NCBI GenBank assembly: GCA_951406725.2
Contig: OX597832.1
Span: 21,018,001-21,082,000, forward strand
Source of the DNA: Octopus vulgaris
Lineage: Eukaryota
Direction: 5' to 3'
Length of the DNA stretch: 64,000 bases
Position 1 is the stretch's first letter. Each line of letters starts with the position of its first letter. The notes under the pieces were generated by a model, which saw nothing but the letters and a program-made list of their open reading frames with translations, was not told where the DNA came from and searched no databases. Made by a program: the position numbers and the translations under genes. This document shows, piece by piece, positions 1 through 14,256 of this stretch.

Positions 1-279
1 TTTTCTAGTCGCAATTTTTCTTACAGGATTGGCAAAATCCTCTAACAGAACTTTAAGTATTTGTTATAGTTCATTTAAGATTTGAGCTCAAAAAACGCCA
101 AAGTTAGTTTGCTTTTTATCCTTCTGAGTCGACAAAGTCAAGCTGCAGTTAAACAATATGACCGGTGTATCCAACCGTTTCCTTTCAGCCTCCTCAAAAT
201 TACAGGCTTACGACACTAAATAAACTTTCTATACCGAATACTGCTACAACGTCGAAACCAGTGATGACAAAATGTGATT

Positions 280-607
280 GTACAATGTATTGATGATAAT
301 GGTAATGCTGGTGGTGGTTCTGGTGACGATGGTATTGTTGTTGATGATGATGTTGATGATGACGAGGATGATGATGATAACGACGACGACGGCGTTGTTG
401 CTGATGATGGTGTTGGTGCTTGCCTTAAATGGTGCCGGTGTCGTTGATACTGACAGTGGTTTTGAATATGATGACGACGACGATGATGATGATGATAAAA
501 ATGAAGGTAGTGGTGATGTTGAAGTTGGTTATGTATGATGATGACAGTGATGATGATGATGAAGACGACGACGTTGATGTTGATAATGATGAAAATGATG
601 ATGATGT

Positions 608-642
<35 letters not shown>

Positions 643-925
643 GCGTCTTTATTATAATGGTGGTATTGGTGATGTTGACGACGATGTCATCGGCGGCGAT
701 AATGATGATGATGGTGATATGATGATGACGAGGAGGACGACGACGATGACCACGGTGATGAAGATGATGATATTGATAAACGAGAGCGATAAATACGACA
801 ATGATTATAATCACGACAATCGTCAACATCATCATAATCATCATCATCATCGTCGTCGTCATTATCATCATGATCTTGATTATGATCATGATGATGATCG
901 TGACGATGATCATGATGAGGAGTAG
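280..925. repeat. Compound (GAT/GAC/CAT)n trinucleotide microsatellite
   Basis: Runs of gatgatgat, gacgacgac and catcatcat that produce the poly-D/M/S/I pseudo-ORFs. Confidence 0.95.
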
Positions 926-1754
926 GAAGGTAAGGAAGACGGGAGGAGAGTATGACAAGTGCTTACGTCAACAATAATAAAATAACAAATAAAACCCGTT
1001 AGTCTCTATTGTTTCTTCCTTATTTTCTTCCTCACTTCCTCATTTACCTCGTTTTTCATTTCTTTTCCTTTTTAAAGTTCCACCATATTTTCATACATTT
1101 TTTCTCTATTTTTATGTTGTTTTTTTTTCTACGCATTATTTCTTTATGTTAAATATTTCTTCAGCTACTAAATATTTATTTATTATATTTTTATATTATT
1201 TCAATTTTTTTTTGTTTTTTTACTTTTATTCTCGTTTCGTTTCCTTTCCGACTTTCTTTCCATTTTTGTCTCTGCTCAAGTCACTTCCTTGTCTTTCATT
1301 CCTTCTATTCATTCCCTGTTTTCGCTTGAAGGTTAACATATTTACCTGAACTTCCTTCCCTTTCATTTGTTCCATCGTTTCCCTGCCGGTCAGCTTTATC
1401 TACCGTCTTCTCCATCCTTTCCACCTCATTCGTACTACCACTAATACAACCACTAATAAGCAACAACGAACAAATATAACGCCACAGCCGCCGCCGCCAA
1501 TGTCAACGCCAACGTCAGCATATTCTTTCTCGAGTGCATTAAAGAGGTCGGAAAGACGCGGAAAGATACGGAAAGTGTAAGAAGCGAAAAGAAAACGAGT
1601 AAGGAGGAAAACAAAACAAAAAAAAATACTCAGACGAAGCTAAATTGAATTTGAAGTGAAAAGAAAATTTAAGTGAAAAAGAAAGAAAGAAATTGCAAGA
1701 GCCACGTCATAGTGATAAAGAGGCTTACTGTCATAGAGACATGCGAAGAATCTA

Positions 1755-1776
1755 TGTGTATATATATATATGTATG

Positions 1777-1807
<31 letters not shown>

Positions 1808-2095
1808 ATATGTACATATATATAAATATATATATATATAATTATATAAATACATGTATATATATGCATATATATATACATATATATATATATACATATA
1901 TATGTATATATATACATGTATATATATATATACATGTATATATATGTACATATGTATATATATACGTATATATATTTACATATATGTATGCTCTCTCTCT
2001 ATATATATATATACATGTATTATATAAGCATATATATTCGTATATATATATATATATATATATATATGTAAATATGTATATATATATATATATGT
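1755..2095. repeat. (AT)n/(ATGT)n microsatellite
   Basis: Directly visible imperfect TA array. Confidence 0.95.
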
Positions 2096-2149
2096 AACGG
2101 ATTCTACAATTTTTAACCCCTAAGAGGACATCTATATCGCTTTCAAGTT

Positions 2150-2345
2150 CAAAAGGCCAGAGATTTCTGTGGGGTTGGGGATACCGGTCGATTACATCGA
2201 CCCTAGGGTTCAGCTAGTACTTAATTTATCGACCTCCGAGGGGATGAAGGCAAAGTCGACCTCTGCGGAATTTGAACCCAGAACGTACTGACAGACGAAA
2301 TGCCGTTGTACATTTTTCTCGGCGAGCTAACGATCATGCGCAAGC
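2150..2345 (-). mobile_element. SINE family B copy (tRNA-derived head plus GCCTTTCATCC...GGTCGATAAATTAAGTAC central domain, Meta/RUDI-like)
   Basis: Reverse complement matches the family-B consensus seen at 19025 and 61789 (gtcgactttgccttcatccctcggaggtcgataaattaagtac; ggtcgatgtaatcgac). Confidence 0.85.
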
Positions 2346-2726
2346 AATGAATATATAATTTCTTGTAGAACGCTGGCAAAGCATATAACACGAAATATTG
2401 CAAGGCAGTTTTAAACTGAACGTGCATTAAAAAATAATGATCGATAAATGAAGAATATCAACAGAAAACAAATATGGGAATAAAACATAATCTGTCACAG
2501 AAGTTGAACGGATAACATACAATGTTTACCAAGTAGAAATCATATGACAGATTACTTGCATTCGCACAAACGCATCAGCTGCGGTCCTGCCATAAACACG
2601 TCCATCCGGCGGAGACCTGTGGTTATTGTGTATCACTGCATATGCGTGACCGGACATCCCTAATATACACGCATTTAAAAAATTATATCGCATAACATAT
2701 ATATATATATATCGATAGCCACTAAA

Positions 2727-2885
2727 CCTTTTCTATTTTCTCTCCCTGTTTATTTGTGTTCTTTTCTGTCGAAGAGCATAGGCTCGAAACGTAAAAGACT
2801 TTCTCACCTCCCGAGCGTTAAAGTAATACATCTGCTTGTTGTTTAGACACCCGTGTTCGTCTTTTGTTTTTTATTTTGTAAATTC

Positions 2886-2892
<7 letters not shown>
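2727..2892 (+). mobile_element. Short non-coding repeat carrying a hammerhead-like motif (Penelope pLTR / retrozyme-like)
   Basis: tctttt-CTGTCGA-a-GAGC-atag-GCTC-GAAA-CG-TA-aaaga at 2760-2798, then a T-rich tail running into (TA)n. Confidence 0.55.
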
Positions 2893-2953
<61 letters not shown>

Positions 2954-3009
2954 ATCTCATGAATGTCTCTTCTGACATAAACTATGACACGGGCCGAGGT
3001 AAATGTGAT

Positions 3010-3232
3010 AATCCTTTTTACTATAGGCACAAGGCATGAAGTTTTGCGGGAGGGGGGGGACTAGTCGATTACATTGATCCCAGTGTTTCACTGGTACTTA
3101 ATTTATCGACTCGGAAAGAATAAAAGGGTAAAGTCAACCTCAGCAAAATTTGAACCCAGAACGTATCGACGGACGAAATATCAGTAAGCATTTCCGCCCG
3201 GCGTGCTAGCGATTCCGCCAGCTCACCGCCTT
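3010..3232 (-). mobile_element. SINE family B, short-tail form
   Basis: Reverse strand reads ggcggtgagctggcggaatcgctagcacgccgggcggaaatgc...gggttcaaatttt (B-box-like)...gtcgataaattaagtacc...ccttgtgcctatagtaaaaggattat. Confidence 0.88.
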
Positions 3233-3490
3233 TAAGCGAATATGATAATGACGATAATAACACGTCGACGGTGATGATGATAGCGTTGCGGGGTATATTT
3301 ATAATAATCATGAAATTAAAACGGAAGGAATAAAATGATGACAACGACCATGGTGTTTTTCAGTGCTGCAATGTTAAAAATAATTTCCAGTTCATTCTAT
3401 TACGTCATCGTCATTACCATCAACACTATCATCATCATCATCATCAATATTCTCTTCATCATCTGTGATTCTGCACCTTTTCATTCCTCT

Positions 3491-3493
<3 letters not shown>

Positions 3494-3560
<67 letters not shown>
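3494..3560. repeat. (CT)n microsatellite
   Basis: Perfect CT array. Confidence 0.97.
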
Positions 3561-3564
<4 letters not shown>

Positions 3565-3659
3565 TTCCTTCTCTTCCCATTTCAACATACCCAATGTCGT
3601 ATACTTAGTTTTCTTTTCTACTTTCACTTTCTGCCATGTATTTTCGTCTTCATATTGAT

Positions 3660-4215
3660 GTTGTTAGAGTCTTTGCTGCTGCTGCTGCTGCTGTTGTTGC
3701 TGTTGTTGTTGTTGTTGTTCTTCTTCTTCTTCTTCTTGATGCTGTCATTCTTTGTTGTTGTTGTTCCGGTCTCTGCTCTTAATTCTGCTTACTCTTAGAT
3801 TTAGCTGCAACTTCAACAAATTCATCATCATCATCATCATCGTTATCATCACCATCATCATCATTATGTCATCATCGTCATCATCACCATCATTATCATC
3901 ATCACCATCATCATCATCATCATCTCCAACATTAGCAACATCATCATCATCATCATCATCACCATCATCATCAACTGCAACATCAGCAACATTATCGTCG
4001 TGACATACATTATCAACATCTACTCCATCTTCATCATCATCATCATCATCATCATCTCACCACCATCATCACCTTAATTACACGGATCGATTTAATCGTC
4101 TTACCCACTACCCATAAAATTGCTAGTCTCATGAAGATTTTATTATTATTATTGTTATAATTATCATCATCATCATCATCATTATCATTGTTATTGTTAT
4201 TGTTATTACCATTAA

Positions 4216-4267
<52 letters not shown>

Positions 4268-4310
4268 GTCATCATCATTATCGTTGTTGTTGTTGTTGTT
4301 GTTATTGTAT
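3660..4310. repeat. Compound (GTT)/(CAT)/(ATT)n microsatellites
   Basis: Direct inspection. Confidence 0.93.
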
Positions 4311-4312
4311 AA

Positions 4313-4535
4313 AGTGGGCAAGCTGGCGGAACCGTTAGCATGCAGGATAAAGTACTTAGCGACGTTTCGTCAGATTTTACGTTCTGAGTTCAAATTTTGG
4401 CGAGATCCATTTCAGCTTCCATCGTTCCGGGGGTCGATGAAACAACTACTGAGGCAAAGCACTGGGGGTCGATGTAATCGACTTATTTCCTGCCCTCAAT
4501 AATTCCTGGTTCTATGCCAGGAGTTGAAACCCTCA
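4313..4535 (+). mobile_element. SINE family B copy
   Basis: ggcaagctggcggaaccgttagc...ttctgagttcaaatt...ttccatcgttccgggggtcgatg...gggggtcgatgtaatcgactta. Confidence 0.82.
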
Positions 4536-4540
4536 TGATC

Positions 4541-5145
<605 letters not shown>

Positions 5146-6327
5146 AAAATATTTTAAAATAACCCGACAAAAAGTAAATGAAAATTATAAATAATAATGA
5201 AAACACGCAAAAAGGAAACGAAAAGATACACTTAAAGCATCTTCGCATATTAAAAGCATCTTAACAATATTGCATTTTTTTACATTCGACACTCAATCCT
5301 CTTTAGCTCTCGCCCCCTCTCTCCCGATGTTTCTTCTTCTTATTTCTTTTCGTCTTCTTCTTCTATTTCATCATCAGCTTCAGCATCCTCATCATCATCA
5401 TCATCATTATCATCATCAATATGGCGCTGTCTTTCCTCTTCAACTTCTTCCTCTACATCCTCAACTCTCATCATCGTATTCATGTTCTTGTAAAATATCT
5501 TCATTTGTGTTTCGATTTTTTTCTCTCTCTTCAGTACACGGATACACACATACACACATGTATACACAAGCACACGCACACACAAGCACACACACACACA
5601 CATACGTACACACAAGCACATACACACATACACACACTAACGTACAGTCGCAAAACCAAACGCAAACACTTTATACACATACAGAAATACAAGGGTTCGC
5701 CAACACATATACAGACTACACATATGCATATACGCACGTACACATGAGTATGTATATATATATATATATATGTGTGTGTGTGCGTGTGTGTATACATATG
5801 TATACATACATACTTACCTACATACATTCATACATATATGCATACATACATAAATGTGTACAGCCGGGTAAACACACACCCACTCATACATATGTGTATA
5901 TATGTATATATATGAGTATGTGTGTCTATACTTGTCTTTCTATATTTGTACGTGTACATCTTCAACAATTTATCTCTTTTTCCAAGTATACATTTCACAC
6001 GCACATACATACTCGTATACACATAAGCAAACTTTATTTGCGTATGTAAATCTATCAATATATATGTGTGTGTGCCTGTATGTGCGTCTGTGTGTGTGTA
6101 TGTGTGTGTAATGATAGATAGACAAACAGATAGATAGACAAACAGATTGATAGATAGAGAGATAGATGTATATAAATGTGTATGTATATATATGTATGTA
6201 TACGCACACATTGATTATATGTGTGTGCTTAAGCATAAAAACTTATGCATTAATGTATTTCTGTACACAAGCTCTCACAACACCCACAAATGCTGGCATA
6301 CACACACAAAACCGCACACGCACTCCC

Positions 6328-6362
<35 letters not shown>

Positions 6363-6471
6363 CATGTGTGCGTGTATGTGTTTGTACGTGTATGTATGTA
6401 CGTATGTATATATAATGTATATATATAGGCGTGTGTGTACGTGTATACATATATATATATATATATGTACG

Positions 6472-6509
<38 letters not shown>

Positions 6510-7316
6510 TGTGTGTACGTGTATGCATATATATATATATATGTGTATATATGTATATGTATATAATATACATAACTCTATCTATGTCTTCAACAGTTTA
6601 AAGAGACAATTTTTTAAAAATGAACTTAAAAATAAATCGTAAAATTACGAGAAATATTCTCTCTATATTTCCTGCATTTCTATCACATGAAAATCGTTTC
6701 AAATTTTATGAGAGCCACCCAAGTACGTGTACGTGTAGATTAAATTATCTCAGGCTTATGTGTGGGCGCGCATTTAATGTTATGCGTATCCAGAATCATA
6801 TTTCTGTAGTAGAAATATAAGACGTTTTGTCTTTTCGTGAGGTTTTAAGTGTGCGGTGTAAGAATTTCGTAAGATATTTCCACTTCTATGTGCGTTTCAA
6901 TGAGCGCAGGTTTGTGCGTATGAGACCTGTATAGGAATACTGTGTTAGCTTCTGCATGTATGTGTGCGTGTTCGTTTATGTGTGTTGCCGTTTCGCACCT
7001 GTGTGATCTGAGGGATGCATGAAGCTAAGTTTACGTGCGTAACATAAGAAGCGTTTGTTGTTTTCCAGAAGTTTGTATTCAAACATACGCAGGCGCGCTA
7101 TCACTCACACACGTCATAATAATCATACATCTATATATTTGTGTGTGTATGTCTGCTTATATGTATATGTGTGTGTGCTAATGATTTTTTTATACAATTC
7201 CTATATGCATAGGGATAATATCCTACCCAACAATATAATATATACGTATTTAGACATAGACATATATCTGTGTGAGTGTCTGTGTGTGTGTGTGTCTGTA
7301 ATGTACATGTATGTCT

Positions 7317-7348
7317 AGAGATAGATAGATAGAAAGATAGATAGATAT

Positions 7349-7429
<81 letters not shown>

Positions 7430-7453
7430 TAGGTAGATAGGTAGGTAGGTAGG

Positions 7454-7517
<64 letters not shown>

Positions 7518-7541
7518 TAGGTAGATAGGTAGGTAGGTAGG

Positions 7542-7609
<68 letters not shown>

Positions 7610-7616
7610 CAGACAT

Positions 7617-7709
<93 letters not shown>

Positions 7710-7710
7710 C
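7317..7710. repeat. (GATA)n/(GGTA)n tetranucleotide array
   Basis: ~390 bp of agat units with a duplicated aattaggtagataggtagg interruption at ~7427 and ~7516. Confidence 0.97.
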
Positions 7711-8278
7711 GAGTAAGCTTTTTGAAAGGGATATTTAGAAAACTCCTTATATCGTACTTCTATGTCCATAGTGGTCATCTTGCCTTTAAACAAAGATCAA
7801 CTGGTGTGAGAAATTTCTACCTAAGAATTTAAAATTATCTCTCCTTTACTGTTGAAAGTCTCAAATTTTTTCTTCATCTTTCGCAGTTTTTCGCTTTATA
7901 AGACAGAACATTTTGTGAAATTAAAAACCTTTTATTATAGAATATCATGTAATACAGTAAAGTAATTATCCAAATTTATATCATTGGTCCATTTCAAATT
8001 TCGCAAGATAACTTTACATTTTTTGCAATTATGCAAATTATAACAGAGAAAAAGTAATTGTAGTATGTCATTAACCATAGAAATTGCATAAACACTTAAC
8101 CTTTCCTTCACTCCACTCTCTCCCTCTGTCTTTTGTCTGCCCCTGTCTCTCGCTCTCACTTTATATACATATATACATATATATATATATAAATACATAT
8201 ATATGAATATATATACATATTTGAACCCATATATATAAATAAATAAGTATACACACGCACAGATATATACATACATAC

Positions 8279-8325
<47 letters not shown>

Positions 8326-8327
8326 TA

Positions 8328-8645
8328 TAGGGGTACAGAATGTCAACAACTGTGCCAACAAAATGAAATACGTAAACAAACGAGGGAAATACGTAAACAA
8401 CGAGAGAAAAATAGAAAGCAGGACAAGTAAATACAGTGAAAGGACCCTTCATCAGTTGTCGGTTGTCTATCTACTCCTCATTTCGGCGACAATATGAATC
8501 TTCAAAGGCTGTTTCTCCCATAAATTCTAAAATATAACTTAGCATTTATGGAGGGTCAAATTTGGGGACAAAAACAGGACAGTAGAGACATACAAGGAGA
8601 CTGAATGAAGACAAATACGGAGGATCGTTAGACCAGAACGAGAGG
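8328..8645 (-). mobile_element. Unclassified interspersed repeat with conserved ccgacaaCTGATGAAGGG motif
   Basis: Shares acccttcatcagttgtcgg and a flank next to (TA)n with the copy at 25265-25450; a related motif occurs at 10984 on +. Confidence 0.55.
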
Positions 8646-8888
8646 AATATATGTATACATGGATATATATAATCAAAGATACAAAAGCGCCGTACTCCGA
8701 AGCGATTCAAAGTTTAGCGTTATCCAATGGTAGGGTAATCCGCTGTAAGGAAATCCAAGAATTAGATCCGTGTGAGTGCGCGATAATAGCCAAATCGAGA
8801 AACCAAATAACAGTACAACAGAAGAAAATATGACGTACACGTGGACTGTAGTAGGTTGACGCTGGGTATAGGTGGGAAAATGTGTGGA

Positions 8889-8930
8889 TGTATAACGTTT
8901 CGACGATGGCTCTTCGTCAGAAAGAGTACA
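8889..8930 (-). ncRNA. Degenerate minimal hammerhead ribozyme motif
   Basis: Minus strand: ctctttCTGACGA-a-GAgccatcgTC-GAAA-CG-TT-ataca; catalytic core intact, stems I and II weak. Confidence 0.45.
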
Positions 8931-9383
8931 ATGGAATTACCCAGAAAAGAAATAGGTTATACGCTATACAGGAAACGTTATATACCTACTTTTCTTTCCA
9001 CCTTAACTTTGCGTGAAACTAATACATTATTTGTATACGTTATATTCACCTTTGATGTTTTGTGAATTTTTTTTTTCGATTTGTCTTATATACGCATGTG
9101 TGTACGTGTGTGTGTATGCATGTCTGCGTGTGTGTGTAGGTTTCTTTGTGTGCACATAAGTGTGTATGTATATGTGCAGTTATATCCATAGACGCATGCA
9201 GATGTAAGAATGTGTGGTGTGCATATAAGCTTTTTGTGAACAATTTGAATAAAACCCTGCGAGCACAGTTTTGATTTTAAATAATTACACACGCACACAT
9301 CCACATATACATACGTATCTCTGTGTGTGCGTGTGCGTGTGTGTGTTTGTGTACAAATTTTTATATATATATACATATACACA

Positions 9384-9470
<87 letters not shown>

Positions 9471-9989
9471 TGCGTATGCACATATCTTTGCGCTTGCCTG
9501 TTAGATGTATATACATGCAAGAAAGTGTTAAAATATATATTTAATATGTGACAATAAGAATGCTTTTGGATCTCAGAAACAAAAGATAATAACGATACAT
9601 CACTAGTTAGCCAATTAACAAGATTAGTAATTAACTACTATAGAGACAATAATACTACTAAAAATAATTTAAAATGTATGGGATTATAAGTTGATAGTTG
9701 ATTGTTTTTAATGATTTTCTTATTTATTTCTTAATTATTTAATTTTTGCTTCCTGTTAATTACATCGTTTTGTTTTCCTTGACGCTTAATTTTTAATTGC
9801 TAATCTGTTTTTAAAATGATTTTAACAAGAATTGTGGTTCTGAAAGATAGCACTCACTAAAAAGATTGCTCATTGTATATAAGTAAAGCGACAATGAAAG
9901 ATAAACGATTTGGAGTTTGTCTTTATCTCTTTCAGACATCGACAAGAGAAGAAGGAGACAAAAATCTTCAGTTTTATATGTATTTATTT

Positions 9990-10027
9990 TTAGGTATATA
10001 TATATATATATACATATATGTGTGTGT

Positions 10028-10093
<66 letters not shown>

Positions 10094-10133
10094 ATATATA
10101 TATATATATGTATACATATATATATGTATACAT

Positions 10134-10165
<32 letters not shown>

Positions 10166-10318
10166 ATACATATGTATGTATGTATATATATATATATATA
10201 TATGTATGTATATATATATGTATATATGTATATATATGTATATATATATGTATGTATGTATGTATATATATATGTATGTATATATATATGTATGTACGTA
10301 TATATATATAGATATATG

Positions 10319-10400
<82 letters not shown>
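9990..10400. repeat. (AT)n/(ATGT)n microsatellite
   Basis: Direct inspection. Confidence 0.95.
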
Positions 10401-10403
<3 letters not shown>

Positions 10404-11118
10404 CAAAATCTTTGCAAAATGGATATTAGTTACGCAATGTAAACATGAGATAAATTGCGTCTCCACTGGTATACAGAAGTATCTGAAAGTGTGTACGTGC
10501 ATGTTTTTTATGGAAAACACACACACACGTACACATACACACACACACACACACGCCCGTTTCTTTTTATGCCGAGTTATAAACCCGATGTATTATACTT
10601 TTACAAAAAGAGACATGAATGTGACGTGGAAGGTTCGGTTTGCTTTACTTCGTTGGACCCTCCGCCATCGAACGGAATTTAGCACTTTGGATTAACTAAA
10701 ATCAGAAGTACTAGAGTCGCATCGAGATCGATATGTCTTCTTACACCTTAGATCTAAATTACACACGAATTTTAATGTTTATAGAGTATCCAGCGCCAAT
10801 TCAAAGATAGGTGCGGACAACTTATCTGTCGAGAAGCCTGTATTTCTAAGTGCGAGTGTGCGCCTAAGTATCTGCGCAACATAATTCGTTGGTTGCTAGG
10901 ATTTGCTATAAAACTAGGAGCGGTCTGAAATGAGCGATCCTGTTGTTAATACATGTCGAAACCGCTATGAATTTCAGTCATCGGCTGATGAAGGGATTTA
11001 AGTATCCATGTTTATGGTTTTCCTTGTACTGTGCGCCTTGCCTCTTCAATGTGTCTAATTTTTCTTATATTTGACTAGTAATTTTACATTGGTTTGTCAC
11101 CCATATTAATATGACGAC

Positions 11119-11168
<50 letters not shown>

Positions 11169-11169
<1 letters not shown>

Positions 11170-11895
11170 TGAGATATGGGTCAGGAAAAGTATCTTGGAA
11201 GAAGAATGAATTATTTGAGATGGAGCGGAGAACACGTAAATTAATAACAACGAGCAAGGAACTACATCCAAAAAGTGATGTGTCAAGATTGTATGTAAAG
11301 AGGAAAGAAGGAGGACGAGGATTGGTGTCTTGTGAAGGTTGTGTAAGGGAAGAGGAGAATAGCCTGGCTTGGTGTGTCAAGGAGAGTAAAGAACAAATGA
11401 TTGAAGCAATGAAAATGCAGGGAACCTTGAAAGTGAACGAAGCCGTAGGTCCAACACTATTTAAGAAAAACCCGAGAGATCAGATGAAGAAAATTTGGCA
11501 GGACAAGAAAATACGGCGTCAGTTCTTGAAGAATAAAGATGAGATAGATTGGAACAGAAGCTTGCAATGGCTACTAAAAGGAAACTCAAAAGGGCCCACT
11601 AACGCATCAATGTGCAGCACTCAAGAACAAGCTCTCAGAACGAACTACTCCAAAGATCACACTGATAAAAGCATTGACTCACCACAGAGCAGGATGTGAT
11701 CTGAGAAGGGAGAAAGTATAAGCCATATTGTTAGTGAGTGCTGGAAGCTCGCACAACGCGAATACAAAAGGAGAGACGACAATGTGGCCAGATATGTCCA
11801 TTGACTGTTGTACGGTAAAGCAAACCACGAGAGAGCCGAACGATGGTATAAACACAAGCCAGAGGGAGTAATGGAAAGCGAACATTACAAAATAA
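11169..11895 (+). mobile_element. 5'-truncated, decayed non-LTR retrotransposon of the R4/Dong clade (end of RT, zinc knuckle, start of the REL region)
   Basis: ORF 11169-11699 has RTRKLIT...LHPKSDVSRLYVKRKEGGRGL and QEQALRTNY. It continues through in-frame stops as RM*SEKGESISHIVSECWKLAQREYKRRDDNVARYVH* and, after a frameshift, WYKHKPEGVMESEHYKI. It starts immediately after (TAA)n at 11119-11168. Confidence 0.88.
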
Positions 11896-12124
11896 CTAAC
11901 AATAAAAAAAAGAAGCTGGAAGTTTGACATGAAACACAGAGCATCTACCATTCCTTCTATCCTATTCCTCGACCATCTTACTACATCTTCTCTCACTCCA
12001 CCATCACCACATCCACTTCATATACCTTCCAAATATGTCTAAGGTCTGTTAGAAAATGTGGCGACAATATCTTAGTTAAGAAACTCCAACGAAGCCTGCC
12101 AAATTTGTCTATCTTTTTGCTTTA

Positions 12125-12515
12125 TCTATATATATAAAGCTGAAGTTGTCTGTGTGTGGCAGGTTTGGTAGCCTTCAATTAACACTATCACCTCCGAGAC
12201 CCTGCGGCGCAAGTTGACCAAAATTGAGTCTATGATAGAAGATGGCTTGCTCTTTATTCCGTAGAAGATAAAATTCAAATCGGACCATGTTAACAACAAA
12301 AATTATTTACATCAAAAAGGTGCTTTTTTTCTATGAAAATCCCTATTTTTTACGATTTTTTTCTCTGCTGTGTCGCTATTTTTCGGTATATTTCAACCAG
12401 AAAAATGTTCACTTAAAGAGAATAACAAGCTACATCATGCAAAATTTTTACTTTTCAAAAATTCCAATTCTAAAGAGTGGAAACAAACCCGAGCAACGCC
12501 GGGCGATACTGCTAG
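12125..12515 (+). mobile_element. Non-autonomous Helitron, family H1
   Basis: A|TC 5' end, subterminal hairpin cccg-agcaacgc-cggg, CTAG|T 3' end, no TSD; highly similar copy at 38599-38970. Confidence 0.88.
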
Positions 12516-12910
12516 TTTATTTATATTTTTGTTGTAGATTTTATTGAATGCTTTTTTTCATTCAATTTTTGTTTGGTTATATATTTGTTATATGTTAGTA
12601 TTTGTATGTCTGTAAACGTAGGTATGTATATTTCCGATTGAGCAACTAATACAAATATATATATATATATATATATAAGTATATATGTATAACACACATA
12701 CATATGTACAAGCATGGTTTAAATTTCATTTAAATTAATAGCAAAAACTTTTTCATTTGGGAGTTTGTACCCCCTGGGGGGACTTCTTTGTTCAAAATAA
12801 GATATACTTATCCAAATACCCTGGGTAATATAGTTTCAGAAAACACAAGGTTATGGGTGTCTATCTCCAAAACACAAGGAAGAGTTCTATAACAAACGAA
12901 GGCTACAACT

Positions 12911-13084
12911 TTATATATATATGAGTGTGTTTATATATATATATATATATACACACACATACACACACACACAAATACATTGAGTGAGAGACACACACAT
13001 ACATATATGTGTGTAAGCATATATAATATGTATATTCATGTATACCTGTGTATATTTACATATGTACGCATATACATACATACG

Positions 13085-13152
<68 letters not shown>

Positions 13153-13276
13153 TATGTATATATAGATATACGAATACATATATACATATATTTATGTATA
13201 TATACATACATGTATATATGTATGTATATGCATATATATATGTATATATACATGTATGTGTATATATATATGTATG

Positions 13277-13325
<49 letters not shown>

Positions 13326-13350
13326 AGGTATGTATCTATGTATATATATA
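12911..13350. repeat. (AT)n/(AC)n microsatellite cluster
   Basis: Direct inspection. Confidence 0.93.
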
Positions 13351-13518
13351 TGCTAAGTTTATTCAATGTGAGAAAAGGACAAGTTCAAGAAAAGAACTAA
13401 CTAGTTCTACTTCCTTTTTAATATCGTTAGTATTGATGTTGTTGTTGTTGTTGTTGTTATAATTACTATTCTTCTGGTGATGCTTTTGTTGTGGCTCTTC
13501 CTCCTCTTGTTGTTATTC

Positions 13519-13550
<32 letters not shown>

Positions 13551-13734
13551 CGGTTGTAGTAATACGCTTGATTAAAGGTGCGTGACAAATGTTTTAATTA
13601 TGTATTGCACAGACGAGGAATGTAAAAAAAAAAGTCTTTAAAAACGCAACACCTTCAGCAGAAGCAGCAGCAGCATTATCAGCAGCAACGACTACCGTTA
13701 CAATGTACCACTAGGAAATAACAACATTAACAAA

Positions 13735-13970
13735 ATTACTACTAATACTACTACAACCTCAACCACCACCAGCATCACCAGCATCACCAGCAGCCCCACC
13801 ACCACAACTACTACTATTACTACTATTACTTCTACTAATACTACTACTACTACTTCTACTATTACTACTACTACTATTACTTCTACTATTACTACTAATA
13901 TTACTACTACTACTATTACTTCTACTATTACTACTAATACTACTACTACTTCTACTATTACTAATAATAT

Positions 13971-14004
<34 letters not shown>

Positions 14005-14165
14005 GCTATTACTACTAATATTACTACTACTAATTCTACTACTATTACTACTAATATTACTACTACTACTTCTACTATTACTACTAATATTACTACTACT
14101 ACAACTACTATTACTACTAATATTACTACTACTATTACTACTACTACTACTACTACTACTGTTAT
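13735..14165. repeat. (ACT)n-based array with higher-order unit (actacttctactattactactaatatt)
   Basis: Recurring variant triplets at regular spacing. Confidence 0.92.
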
Positions 14166-14256
14166 TGATACTAAGGAAATGAAGTTCAAGTATTGGTATA
14201 CGTATCTATTTATCTAACAAAATACACACATATTTATATATAAATGTAATATATAG

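Noticed and set aside
11905-12120. Minus-strand peptide DLRHIWKVYEVDVV as an inverted piece of the R4 endonuclease
   Set aside because: Similarity too weak to support without a profile search
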